This document shows positions 42,549 to 52,863 of a stretch of 64,000 bases of DNA, one piece after another. The notes beneath the pieces were generated by a model that saw only the letters and a list, made by a program, of their open reading frames with translations, did not search any database and was not told where the DNA came from. The stretch is taken from contig CAWGPD010000002.1 of the NCBI GenBank assembly GCA_963824385.1, positions 160,001-224,000 of the forward strand, in the 5' to 3' direction. This DNA is from an uncultured Nitrososphaerota archaeon (GTDB lineage Archaea; Thermoproteota; Nitrososphaeria; Nitrososphaerales; Nitrosopumilaceae). The position numbers and the translations under genes are program-made. Within the stretch, counting starts at the first letter, position 1, and each line of letters starts with the position of its first letter.

Positions 42549-42751
42549 TATAGGTGGAAAAATATTATCATGCAAGAGGGGGGGACCACACATGGTTAGT
42601 GTGATACACTCAAAGCATGATGACCATTGTCATCATTTTCCTTCGGGGGTACCTTGGGACGCTCATGTTGAAGGATTTAACCTTGCAACACCACACATCG
42701 CTTGCATGATTCCTATCTAAGGAGGATGTCCATTGATAGGGACTACCTATA
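42549..42751 (+). ncRNA. Candidate ~200-nt multi-branched structured RNA
   Basis: Nested stems TATAGGTGG/CTACCTATA, ATCATGCAAG/CTTGCATGAT, ATGATGAC/GTCATCAT, cUUCGg tetraloop, TGTTG.AAGG/CCTT.CAACA, TTCCTATC/GATAGGGA. Confidence 0.6.
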
Positions 42752-42889
42752 CGTGAATAAAATATTTAAAGTTTATGTATAATTTGATACTAAAACTTTG
42801 AATTTACCTAATTAACCAAAAGTTATCATATAATTTTCAAAATATCTTAAAATTTCTCTATGAAAGCTTTTATGATACGATGATGTAAT

Positions 42890-43234
42890 TTGGTCATGAA
42901 AAAAACTGGGGATGTGTATCAACTTATTTACGAATCAAATCTTGACAGCAAGTTAGAACAGATTTTGATTGGATTGGTAAAGGACAATCCTTCTCCAAAG
43001 ATTGAATCAATAATTCAAAAATTCCTTTTATATGTTCAACACTCTACAGAAAATTTCTGGACTACCTACTATAGTGCAAAAACATATGAAGAAAAACTGG
43101 ATTGTTACTATCAATATTCTAAGAATCAATGTCTTGCAACTGAGGTGCTGATAAGAGATCTAAACTCATTATCTTCTGATGATGAAATAAAAGAAAATCT
43201 TGATGCACTAGTAAAAGAGAGTTTTACATTCTAA
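42890..43234 (+). CDS. Hypothetical protein
   Basis: 114 aa helical ORF. Confidence 0.7.
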   Translation: MVMKKTGDVYQLIYESNLDSKLEQILIGLVKDNPSPKIESIIQKFLLYVQHSTENFWTTYYSAKTYEEKLDCYYQYSKNQCLATEVLIRDLNSLSSDDEIKENLDALVKESFTF

Positions 43235-43825
43235 GTTAGTGAAGACTCTGTCTTTGGTCGAGTCTCTTTGAATTTTGCAATCTTATTGCCTTCTTCGTTT
43301 ACAACCTGATCAATACTGATTAGCCTTTCTCGTAGGTTAGTAATTATTGTTGCAACATCGTCTGCTTCTTTTTCAACTTGGCCTCTTTTTTGTTGTAATG
43401 TCTTAATACCTTGTTTTTCTTCTTCTATGTATTGACCTACTTTGACAAGTTTCTCCTTTAGATTCTTGATATCTACTGATTCATCTTCGATGTTCTTTTC
43501 TAGGTTGGTTCGCTTGTCTTTGAGGTCCTTAATCATTAGACCTACATAGTCAATTGCTTCTTCTAACTTGGTTCTCTTATCCATCAATGCCTTAATTCCT
43601 ATATCCTCAGCTTGATGTACTCATACGAGTTTGTTGAATAGGTTCCGGTATTTTTACTTGTTCTGAGGGGCTAAAACGGGACTCTTCTATAACTTCTGAT
43701 GTTTTTGTGGTATCTGTCTTTGGTTCGTATTGAAAAGTCTTACCTGACTGGTCAGTCACATTATCCTTTGTTCCTGAAGAAATAGATTCAAACTCATCTT
43801 TTTTCTTTCTAAACTTGTCAAACAT
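43231..43825 (-). CDS. Coiled-coil hypothetical protein (frameshift near 43605)
   Basis: MFDKFRKKK N-terminus plus heptad-rich C-terminal ORF. Confidence 0.65.
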
Positions 43826-43975
43826 ATCGCTTATGGGGTATGTTATTTTTAATATATAAAAAGTTAATAAATGAAAACTATTTTTTGGCTAGATTTTGTG
43901 CTTATTTTAAATCAAAAATCCATAAAACATTGGATTAAGATATATTTAGAGAAAAACATCTTTGGTTCGAGTCAC

Positions 43976-44353
43976 TTGAAAAATAACAAAGTCGACCTTC
44001 TTCCAATTGTTGAAGGCATCATAGGATTAGATCCGATGATGAGATTTGCAGCAATAATAGACCTAAAAGGAAACATATCTGAGGCCATAATGAAGGAAGG
44101 CAAGACTTCACTCAAGTCACAAAAGGAAGAAGAGCACTTTTGTAAGCAAGTTGCAGTTAGGAGGAAAATCCGACAACAATTCGATAAGAGTCTTGGACCA
44201 GTTAATTATGTACATATTGAACGCCAAAAGATTACTCAGATTGTTATCTATCCTAAACGAAAGACTGTCTATGTTACAATGGAAGCAAATATGGATATGA
44301 AACGTAAGCTTGAGATTGTAAAATCAATTAAACAAAAAACTACAAAATTATAA
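43976..44353 (+). CDS. DUF6659-like (roadblock/profilin-like) thaumarchaeal protein
   Basis: DPMMRFAAIID.KG, FDKSLGPVNY..IER.K. Confidence 0.7.
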   Translation: MKNNKVDLLPIVEGIIGLDPMMRFAAIIDLKGNISEAIMKEGKTSLKSQKEEEHFCKQVAVRRKIRQQFDKSLGPVNYVHIERQKITQIVIYPKRKTVYVTMEANMDMKRKLEIVKSIKQKTTKL

Positions 44354-44525
44354 AAAATTAAGGAAAATAAATTTTTCCAGATTATTAGATCTACCGATTA
44401 TCTGCCCCCGCTTCACCATAATTGAAAAATTGACTATTTCCAAGTCTGAAACAACCGTTCCGCTATGTGTTCCGCTGTGGAATTTCATACTGTCCCTGAT
44501 AAAACATCAATTCCATAGTATATCC

Positions 44526-44813
44526 ATGTCAAAACAACAATACAGGTCAGAAATAGGTATCATTGCCGATATTCTTGGTGTAGCTATGGATGGAGGAGCA
44601 CAAGGGGTAATCGTCTCAGCAATATCTAGAAAAGCAAATCTATCGCATTATGCGGTTCTTGAAAAATGCCAGAAATTAATAGATGCAGGATTGGTAGAAT
44701 CAATGAAAGCTGAACGAAACAGGTTGTTTAGAGTTACAGATAAGGGAATAAGATTCTTCCAAGAATTCCAAAGATTTCAAGGTGTGATGCAAGGATTCAA
44801 TCTAAGGTATTAG
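44526..44813 (+). CDS. Winged-helix transcription regulator (HTH_45-like)
   Basis: YRSEIGIIADIL, ISRKANLSH, LIDAGLV, VTDKG. Confidence 0.88.
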   Translation: MSKQQYRSEIGIIADILGVAMDGGAQGVIVSAISRKANLSHYAVLEKCQKLIDAGLVESMKAERNRLFRVTDKGIRFFQEFQRFQGVMQGFNLRY

Positions 44814-44902
44814 CAATGCCTCAGAAATATCATATGGTTAAGGTACAAAAAGTGTTACCGGAAGGAATCATTTTTGTAAGGATCAAATGTATTCTCACAG
44901 CA

Positions 44903-46013
44903 ATGGTTAAAGCACCAGTCTATAGTCGCATGTCTTGTTTTACTTACTCTTTCTACCCTTGTCCAGTATGCTATAGGTGATCCAAAAACTCTTGATTTTA
45001 CAATCTACACTGATGGAACTACCCATGTTTTTTATCAAACTGATGTAGATTCACAATCACCCTATTCTACTCTAAATCTCTATGGTAATAGTATTGAAAA
45101 TCTTATTGTACAGGATGAAAATGGAACATTACTTTCAAGTAAAGAAAATGAAAATACCACAACAGTTGAAACTTTAGGATCTTCTACAGTTAAGGTAGAT
45201 TATGATACTCCAGATTTAATCTCAAAGAATGGAAAAACTTGGACTTTTCATGTAAATTCACCAATTGATTATTCCATACTTTTACCAAAAAATTCAGTAA
45301 TTGTTGGAATGAGTGTATCTCCATTAAACATGCAAATAGTTGATGATCAATCACTTATTTCATTACCAAGTGGTTCATCTGAGATCAACTATATCATTGG
45401 GGTATTAGGTACAAGTCAGACAGCTACTTTAGCAATACAACAAGCTCAAGATTTTATTAATACCATAACATCCGCAGGTGTACAAACTCCAATGGCTCTT
45501 GCAAAGCTTGAGGAAGCCAAATCAGATTTTAGCCAAGGCAAGTACTCTGATGCTGAATCACTAGCTAACGAAGTCAAAAGTCTTGCACTTCAGGAACAAC
45601 AAATTACTAATTCTGTACCAAAAACATCATCTGATAATTTACTGACTTATCTTTTAATTGTAGGAGGCATTGTTGCAGCAGGAGCAACCGGATTTATAAT
45701 AATTAAAAGAACAAAATCTAGTAATATCGTAACTTCAAGTTATATTACAAAGAACAACTACATTGCACCAGACAAGGAGACAATTTACAAACTCAAACCA
45801 GAATTACGTCAAGATGACAAGGATATTGTAGCATTTATCTCTGAAAAAGGGGGCAGAGTATTTGAAAGTGAACTGCGAAAAAAGTTCTTGATGCCACGTA
45901 CAACAATGTGGCGTGCTGTTAAGCGACTTGAGAGAGAAAATATCATTAAAATAGAAAAAGTTGATCAACAAAATCTCATTAAACTTAGAGAAATGGGAGT
46001 GGATGAGAAATGA
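44903..46013 (+). CDS. Membrane-spanning regulator: extracellular domain, TM, cytoplasmic wHTH (frameshift near 44920)
   Basis: Frame of 45309 is open back to ~44920 with a signal-like LVLLTLSTLV; C-terminal GGRVFESELRKKFLMPRTTMWRAVKRLE. Confidence 0.8.
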
Positions 46014-46840
46014 AGGCTTTGGCAATTATCTTCTTGGCTTTAGTTGGAACATTGGTTCTTAATGGCCCAATTCAATCCTACGCAGATCCTCAACTTGATG
46101 CATTTCTACAAATTGCTACACAAGCAAGAGAAAATCTAAGGATGAATATTTCACAAATTAATAATGTCCCTAGTGAAATTACGGATCTCTTCAAACAAGG
46201 CTCTAATGAAACTGATGCACTATCTAATGCAATAAATGATAATGATATTGCATCAGCAAGACAACATTTCCTCTCTGCCATGAATTTCTTCAAATCTACT
46301 AATGATAAAATAAATTCTCTTAATGCAACACAAGTAAATGATCAACAACAGACCAACGTCCTACAATTACAAAGTGAAATTTCAAGAACAGAAAAGATTG
46401 GTGAAATGCTAAAAACAATATCAATAACAAACAATGCAAATCTTAATTTCACACAATTTGAACAACTAATTCAGAAAGCAGGACAAGATCTTGATAATGG
46501 TAATATTAGTGAAGCATCAAAATCAATTGAGGAAGCAAATCACATTGTAATTGATATTCATCATTCCCTTACGGAAGTTGCAAAACAAAGAACTTCTGAA
46601 CGTGCAAAGGACTTTACAGAAAAACAGATTGAGAGACTCGATAAAATAGAAAATACGACTAAAAATTCTATTGCACAGGCTCCACAAGTTCCACTCATGA
46701 CTAAAACTATCTCTAATTTTACAATTTATGAAAATCCAAAAGACATGGTTACAAAGCTAAAGAAACTTACTGCGGAGGGTAAAGTTGATGAAGCTTTAGA
46801 AATGATAAAATCATTTGAATCTTATCAAAAAGAGAAATAA
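46010..46840 (+). CDS. Secreted alpha-helical hypothetical protein
   Basis: Signal peptide; helical repeats. Confidence 0.7.
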   Translation: MKALAIIFLALVGTLVLNGPIQSYADPQLDAFLQIATQARENLRMNISQINNVPSEITDLFKQGSNETDALSNAINDNDIASARQHFLSAMNFFKSTNDKINSLNATQVNDQQQTNVLQLQSEISRTEKIGEMLKTISITNNANLNFTQFEQLIQKAGQDLDNGNISEASKSIEEANHIVIDIHHSLTEVAKQRTSERAKDFTEKQIERLDKIENTTKNSIAQAPQVPLMTKTISNFTIYENPKDMVTKLKKLTAEGKVDEALEMIKSFESYQKEK

Positions 46841-47013
46841 AAAACTGGTGAGAATCCATGATGCTTTCAAAATAATGAAACTATAATTATAGGAACTTAG
46901 GAAAAATTAGTCTAAAATAAAAGAATGAAAAAGAAATATCCTGAATTACTGCTCTTGGTATGGCACAAATCTTACATAAAATTCATATAGATTTTTACTA
47001 GAACCCAAGTAGA

Positions 47014-47211
47014 TTGGCTTCAAAGCAAATTTCTGTAGGCATAGGAATCCCAATGATAATAGTTGGTGTTATACTTGCTTTCCTTTTAGCGCCAATGCTA
47101 GATATCTTAAAAGATACAGTAGAGTTTGTAGGTAGTCTTATAGGAATACTTGGAGTCCTAATTTTTATTGCAGGATTATTTTCAAGAAAAGTGCCTTCAA
47201 TTACATCCTAA
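47014..47211 (+). CDS. Small two-TM membrane protein
   Basis: 65 aa hydrophobic. Confidence 0.7.
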   Translation: MASKQISVGIGIPMIIVGVILAFLLAPMLDILKDTVEFVGSLIGILGVLIFIAGLFSRKVPSITS

Positions 47212-49568
47212 ACTTTCATAATTCCAATTGATATGAGATGTTGAATGGATGCCCAGAATGTATTGTCATCAATCTGACCTGAAGACCATAGATTTACATT
47301 TCCTTTTAGCCAACTTGGAATTTCTACATTAACATCTTGATTTATTGACGGTGTTTTGATTAGACCCTGGTTTATCATATATCTAATTGCTTGAGAGAAA
47401 TCATTCTTATCTAAAGCCCCTTCTGACCACCAAATAGCTGTATTTCTTATCCAACTTGGTAAGATACTATTATTCACTCCACCATAAAGTGCAAATTTCT
47501 GTACGTTGTTATTTTTCTTATCCACAACATAGATGTTGTCTGAAGCATCGATTACAAGTCCTACTGGTTGTTCAAACTGACCTTGTCCAGTACCTTCTGT
47601 GCCCCAACTTAAAAGGAAATTTCCATTACTGTCAAACTTTTGGATCCTATGATTATCAGTATCTGCCACATAGATGTCATTTTTAGAATCAATAGCTATT
47701 GCTGATGGCTTGTTAAATCTCCCTTCCTCAGTTCCACTAGAACCATAAAAGTTTAGAAATTCTCCAATATTGGAATATTTCAATATCTTGTTATCAGTAG
47801 AAGCGGCATACAGATTATCTTCTGGGTCAAATGCTAATGCTCTGATGCCTGAGAAACTTTCTCCTTGTAAAAGTGATGAATCTATTTGTTCAGTATAGGT
47901 ACCTTTGCTATCAAATAGTTGAATAGATTTTTTTTCTACATCTCCCACAAAAAGTTCACCATCATGGTTTGAATTTATTGAGACTGGTATGTGGAACATT
48001 CCAGGATTATCGCCATATGTGCCCCAAGAATAAGCAAAACTTCCGGTTTTGTTATACATGTTTATTCTTGAATTTCCTGTATCTACCACATACACATATT
48101 TTTCATTAACAAATATACCTGATGGATTTTTGAATTGTCCCATTGCTGATCCTGCATCACCCCAAGAAAGGAGTAGATTATCATTCTCATCAAATTTCTT
48201 AACCTGGAAATTTCCAGAATCTACTACGTATGTATTATTGTCTGAATCAATAGTGATACCCCTTGGAGACTTGAATGTTGTTGAATTAATTATTGAAACA
48301 AAAGTAGGTATGTTATATTGAACCGCATCAAGCATTTCTGAATCCTGTACAGGTGAACCAATTACATAAAAAGATGAAGATCTCTCAATGCCGTCATAAT
48401 TTACATTAATGTTCCATTGTCCTACGGAATCATTTATTGCAATCTTATGAGGTATGATAATTTCTGTTGTATTTACTGGAAATGATATTCTTTGACTAGT
48501 TTTACCATCTGGATTTGTAATCCAAATATCTATTGAATCCGTAATAACCTGTGAAGTATGTATTTTGACGTGAACAATTTCTCCTGGTCTATAATTTAAT
48601 TTATCTGGAGACACCATTAGTTCAATGTTAGGTAACTCGTGAGGATTTTTAATCACATTATAGGAACCAATGCTTGTGGCACCAGCATAGTGCACTTCAT
48701 ATCTGTATGTACCAATTTCTTTGGAAAAATTCTTGAGGACTAGTGTATCATGGTCAGAACGTGGATTAAATTGATTACTAGTTGTATTTCCTAAAGGATC
48801 TGTTATCTTCAATGTAGCAGTTGACTCTGTTAATCTTGTAAATATCGTATCAATTGTCACATCACTTCCTTGATAGTATGTGGCTGAAGTTTGTGTTGTT
48901 ACATCCATTAGTTTACGTATATCTCCCAAAAGAAATGGTATTTCAGCAACAGAATTAAAGTATTTAATTTTTAATTTGTATAACCCTGGTGGGTTAAAGT
49001 TAGAAAGTTGATACATTGGAAATTGATAAGATGTACTATGTTGAACTGCTGGTACTTCAATCGGGTCTACGTTGATTGCAGGATTTCCATCACTATCATA
49101 AAAGTTCAGAAGATAAGATTGTGCAAAGGCAGCATCTGGAACATAGTAAGCTGAAGTGATGTTGATGTTCATTATGTCGGGTTCATAGTAAGTTACTTTA
49201 TCGATGAATACTGCCAAATTGAGCGGATTGACAATAAAATTAACTGTCTGACTAATTCCTCCATATTGATAATTAATTGACCACGGACCAAACTCATTAT
49301 CAAATGCATCACGTATAATTTGATGAACTGTTTGACCTCCCTTTATTTGAGTATCAATTATTCCTGATATTGTTGAATTATCAGGTCTATGAGCTACCCA
49401 ATTGACAGAACCTCCATCATATCCTGAAATTACAAGATTGATCTTTATCCAATCATTTGCACCAAATTCTTGTTGTTGCGGAGTAGCAGTTATGGTATAG
49501 GCACTTGCATTTTGATTAGTAACAAAAACTAAGATTACAAATAAAAACAAAGGAATTAGTTTTTTCAC
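47208..49568 (-). CDS. Secreted Ig-like + NHL beta-propeller protein with C-terminal PSW..N.A.WW domains
   Basis: Signal peptide; repeats F..P.GI.ID....YV.D..N.RIQKFD; PSWIRNTAIWW, PSWLKGNV.LW. Confidence 0.88.
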   Translation of the reverse strand: MKKLIPLFLFVILVFVTNQNASAYTITATPQQQEFGANDWIKINLVISGYDGGSVNWVAHRPDNSTISGIIDTQIKGGQTVHQIIRDAFDNEFGPWSINYQYGGISQTVNFIVNPLNLAVFIDKVTYYEPDIMNINITSAYYVPDAAFAQSYLLNFYDSDGNPAINVDPIEVPAVQHSTSYQFPMYQLSNFNPPGLYKLKIKYFNSVAEIPFLLGDIRKLMDVTTQTSATYYQGSDVTIDTIFTRLTESTATLKITDPLGNTTSNQFNPRSDHDTLVLKNFSKEIGTYRYEVHYAGATSIGSYNVIKNPHELPNIELMVSPDKLNYRPGEIVHVKIHTSQVITDSIDIWITNPDGKTSQRISFPVNTTEIIIPHKIAINDSVGQWNINVNYDGIERSSSFYVIGSPVQDSEMLDAVQYNIPTFVSIINSTTFKSPRGITIDSDNNTYVVDSGNFQVKKFDENDNLLLSWGDAGSAMGQFKNPSGIFVNEKYVYVVDTGNSRINMYNKTGSFAYSWGTYGDNPGMFHIPVSINSNHDGELFVGDVEKKSIQLFDSKGTYTEQIDSSLLQGESFSGIRALAFDPEDNLYAASTDNKILKYSNIGEFLNFYGSSGTEEGRFNKPSAIAIDSKNDIYVADTDNHRIQKFDSNGNFLLSWGTEGTGQGQFEQPVGLVIDASDNIYVVDKKNNNVQKFALYGGVNNSILPSWIRNTAIWWSEGALDKNDFSQAIRYMINQGLIKTPSINQDVNVEIPSWLKGNVNLWSSGQIDDNTFWASIQHLISIGIMKV

Positions 49569-49666
49569 TGATTCCTGTCAGATTCTCACAAATTAATTAC
49601 TTTGGCAGAAAACCGTTCATAAGAAGATCCAATTAAATAAATAATGAACAAGCACAGACTGAATAC

Positions 49667-50379
49667 TTGAACGTAAGACTCTATGAAATATTCACATCCG
49701 TTGAGGGGGAAGGAATCTTGTATGGTACAAAAACACTCTTTGTGAGGCTATCTGGATGTCCTTTCAAATGCTTTTATTGTGATACTAAAGGTGCACTTCC
49801 AATGGATTCCGGAAAAGAATATTCAATTAGTAAAGCAAAAGAGATAATCAAGCAAAATCTGAAGAAAAATACATACAAAGTTAATTTTACAGGTGGGGAT
49901 CCATTGGCTCAATCTAAAGCCGTTGCAGAACTTGCAAAATTTGTTCAAGGAAAAAAAATTCCTACATATTTAGAATCTTCTTGCTATGACTCTTCAAAGT
50001 TTGCACAAGTTCTTCCTTACATGGATTTTATAAAAATTGAATTTAAAACTCCAGAATCTGGTTTTGTTGATACAAAACATTATTCCAAACTTTTAGAAAA
50101 TGAGCTTGAATGCCTTAGAATAGCCAAGAAATCAAAGAAAATTACATACATCAAAGTAGTAATAAGTTCAAAAACTCAGTAGGTTCATTTAAGAAACTTC
50201 TTAGACAAATATTCAAAATTATATCTAAAGTAGAACTTGCAGGATTTATAATACAGCCTACGTATGGTATTTCAGAGCCTAGTTTGGAACAACTATTCAG
50301 CTTTTATGATGCAGTTTATACTTATTATGATCAAGTTAGAATAGTACCACAGCTACACAAATTCATAGGTGCACCATGA
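49667..50379 (+). CDS. queE: 7-carboxy-7-deazaguanine synthase, radical SAM (frameshift near 50180)
   Basis: EIFTSVEGEG, FVRLSGCPFKCFYCDT, FTGGDP; tail IIQP...RIVPQLHK continues to TGA 50379. Confidence 0.9.
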
Positions 50380-50939
50380 TGAATAAAGATAGAGTAAAAC
50401 GACTAATACGAGAAATAATTGCAGAGATAGGCGAAGATCCTACAAGAGAGGGTCTAGTTGACACACCAAGTAGAATAGCCGATATGTATGAAGAGATCTT
50501 CAAGGGGTATGAAGGAGAGTCAGAACTATCAGTAAAGTTTTCTGAAGATTCTGATATTGTGATTGCAAAAGACATTCAATTTTATTCCATGTGTGAGCAT
50601 CATATGTTACCATTCTACGGAAAAGTAAGTGTAGCATATGCACCAGATGGCAAAGTATTTGGGATATCTAAATTGGTGCGTCTTGTAGAAAAATACTCTG
50701 CTAGATTGCAAATACAAGAACGAATTACAAAAAATATAGCTGATGAATTATACTCTGAAGGAATCAAAGGTGTAATTGTAATTGCAGAAGGTGAACATCT
50801 TTGTATGAAAATGAGGGGAGTAAGAAATGATGCTATAGTAACAACAATAGCCTCAAGAGGAATTTATGATAAAAAAGAAGCAAGATCAGACGTTCTAAAT
50901 TTGATATATAGTGGAAAATCCAAGCCAAATGTTATCTGA
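50376..50939 (+). CDS. folE: GTP cyclohydrolase I
   Basis: REGL.DTP.R, SMCEHHMLPF, RLQIQER, HLCMKMRG. Confidence 0.95.
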   Translation: MMNKDRVKRLIREIIAEIGEDPTREGLVDTPSRIADMYEEIFKGYEGESELSVKFSEDSDIVIAKDIQFYSMCEHHMLPFYGKVSVAYAPDGKVFGISKLVRLVEKYSARLQIQERITKNIADELYSEGIKGVIVIAEGEHLCMKMRGVRNDAIVTTIASRGIYDKKEARSDVLNLIYSGKSKPNVI

Positions 50940-50977
50940 TCTATAAAATTAAATAATAACATATACTGCAATACTTC

Positions 50978-51232
50978 ATGGGCGCACATAACAACATCCA
51001 TGTTCCAAAAGAGTCTTGGCCTTACTTTATGTGGTATGCCATAGAATTTTTCATCACCCTTGGAGTTGGATTGGGAATTTCTTACGAGTCGATGGATTAT
51101 TTTAGGAAAATTGGGTTTGATGATTCCATGACAACATGGGCTTTTTGGGGGATGGTAGGTGTTGTACTCCTAGCCTATTATCTAATTGTAAGACCTATAA
51201 TACTTAGAAAACCAGTATTGTCAAAAATCTAG
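50978..51232 (+). CDS. Small two-TM membrane protein
   Basis: 84 aa, two hydrophobic helices. Confidence 0.7.
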   Translation: MGAHNNIHVPKESWPYFMWYAIEFFITLGVGLGISYESMDYFRKIGFDDSMTTWAFWGMVGVVLLAYYLIVRPIILRKPVLSKI

Positions 51233-51906
51233 AGTCTTGTTGAATACTTGGTTTTATCTAAAATCTTAGATTGACGAAACGCTAATTTTCTATTATTACA
51301 AGATTCGCATTTTCCACAATGAATCTTGGTATTTTCATAACAACTCCAACTTTTAAAAATACGTCCGCCCAATTCCGTATATCCATTCTTTAGAAGATCA
51401 CTCTTTGAGAGATTTTCCATAAATGGACTCCAAATTCTAATCTTCTTTCTAAGACCAAGTTTTATTCCATCAATCTCTCCTTCATTCAAGGCCTTTGAGA
51501 GTAATCTTGCAAATGATGGCCTACAATCTGGATATTCCATGTCTCCTAAATGAGCACCATACGCAACAAGTTCAGCTTTTTTTGAAAATGCCCAAGCAGA
51601 AGCTATGCTAAGAAAAATAGCATTCCTTATTGGAGCAACTATTGAATAATCAAATTTTGAGGGAATTTCTATTTTAGAATTGGTTAGAGCATTTGTCTTT
51701 TCATACAAATCTTTCATAAACCCTATGTCTACCACTTTATGTTCTTTGAATTTTAATAATCTTGAAAATTGTTGTGCAACTTTTACTTCTTTACTTGCTT
51801 TCTGACCATAAGAGAAAGTTATTCCATAAAGATCATATTGTTTTTTAAGGTATGTGGCAGTACATACTGAATCTAAACCTCCACTAAAAACTATGATGGC
51901 TTTCAA
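51229..51906 (-). CDS. queC: 7-cyano-7-deazaguanine (preQ0) synthase
   Basis: FSGGLDS, YGQK, P.RN.IF, YPDCRP, SWSCY...HCGKCESC..R. Confidence 0.95.
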   Translation of the reverse strand: MKAIIVFSGGLDSVCTATYLKKQYDLYGITFSYGQKASKEVKVAQQFSRLLKFKEHKVVDIGFMKDLYEKTNALTNSKIEIPSKFDYSIVAPIRNAIFLSIASAWAFSKKAELVAYGAHLGDMEYPDCRPSFARLLSKALNEGEIDGIKLGLRKKIRIWSPFMENLSKSDLLKNGYTELGGRIFKSWSCYENTKIHCGKCESCNNRKLAFRQSKILDKTKYSTRL

Positions 51907-51944
51907 TTTGAAAACATTCCAATTAGACCAAATAAAATGTTTGA

Positions 51945-52772
51945 CTATGCAATAGAGAGTAATACTGCTCCAGACAAAATCATAATAGATCCCATGATAA
52001 CCCTGAGTATGTTCCGCTTGTGAACTATTTCTTTAAAATACAAAACTCCCCAAGATACCGCAAAAAGTGTAGCTGTTTGAGAAATAGGATATGCCACTGT
52101 AATCCCTATTGAAGCTATAGCTATCAGGACTGACAAGCTCCCTAAATTAAATAAACTCCCTGAAACTACTCCAGCTATAATCTCCTTCTTAACCCATCTT
52201 CGTGATAGAAAAAGTAAAGGTATCCCAATTGCAAAAATAGATAGACTAGATGAAAAGAATCCTGATTGAAGTGTATGTGTTGCCTGCATTGGTATGACAT
52301 ACGAACCTCCTACAATACCAGAGGCTGCAGCAATAACGTATCCTTTTCGTTGAACAACCGAGGCCTTTGCAGCACTTGCAACTAATGGTAAACCTGCTAA
52401 TAGTAAACCAATAGCACCAATGGCTAATATCATATAGTTGAATTTCTCTCCAAAGAACAAAATTCCCCAGAGAAACGAAACTAGAATACTAAAACCTGCA
52501 AGAAATGGAGAAGTTCTAGAAAGTCCTATCAATCTAACAGAATAAAGTGCAAGTATATTTCCTGCAGTCCATATTGCTCCGCTAAGAAGACCACTAGGTA
52601 AAATTCCAAATCCCCAAAAAAAAGCAATTGGTATTGCAAAAAGAATAACTCCTATTCCAGTAGATCCTTGCAGCTGCCAAATGCTTACAACATTAACTTT
52701 TTTAACTGGAACAAAAAAAGTTCCCCAACAAATAGCCGAACCAATAGCTGAAGTCAACCCAGACGAATTCAA
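51945..52772 (-). CDS. DMT-superfamily (GlcU/GRP-like) transporter
   Basis: CWGTFFVP.K, SGAIW..GN, IGLSR, VAYPISQ, WGVLYFKE. Confidence 0.8.
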   Translation of the reverse strand: MNSSGLTSAIGSAICWGTFFVPVKKVNVVSIWQLQGSTGIGVILFAIPIAFFWGFGILPSGLLSGAIWTAGNILALYSVRLIGLSRTSPFLAGFSILVSFLWGILFFGEKFNYMILAIGAIGLLLAGLPLVASAAKASVVQRKGYVIAAASGIVGGSYVIPMQATHTLQSGFFSSSLSIFAIGIPLLFLSRRWVKKEIIAGVVSGSLFNLGSLSVLIAIASIGITVAYPISQTATLFAVSWGVLYFKEIVHKRNILRVIMGSIMILSGAVLLSIA

Positions 52773-52863
52773 AGGTGGTTTGACTGTAAGAATAGCAGTA
52801 TAACTCGGTTTCTATTCTAGATGTATACTCTAAGTTTAATTTCTGCTAAAATATTTTTCTTAT

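Noticed and set aside
42535..42720. 61-aa His-rich ORF
   Set aside because: Coincides with an extensively base-paired region better explained as structured RNA; cannot be fully excluded
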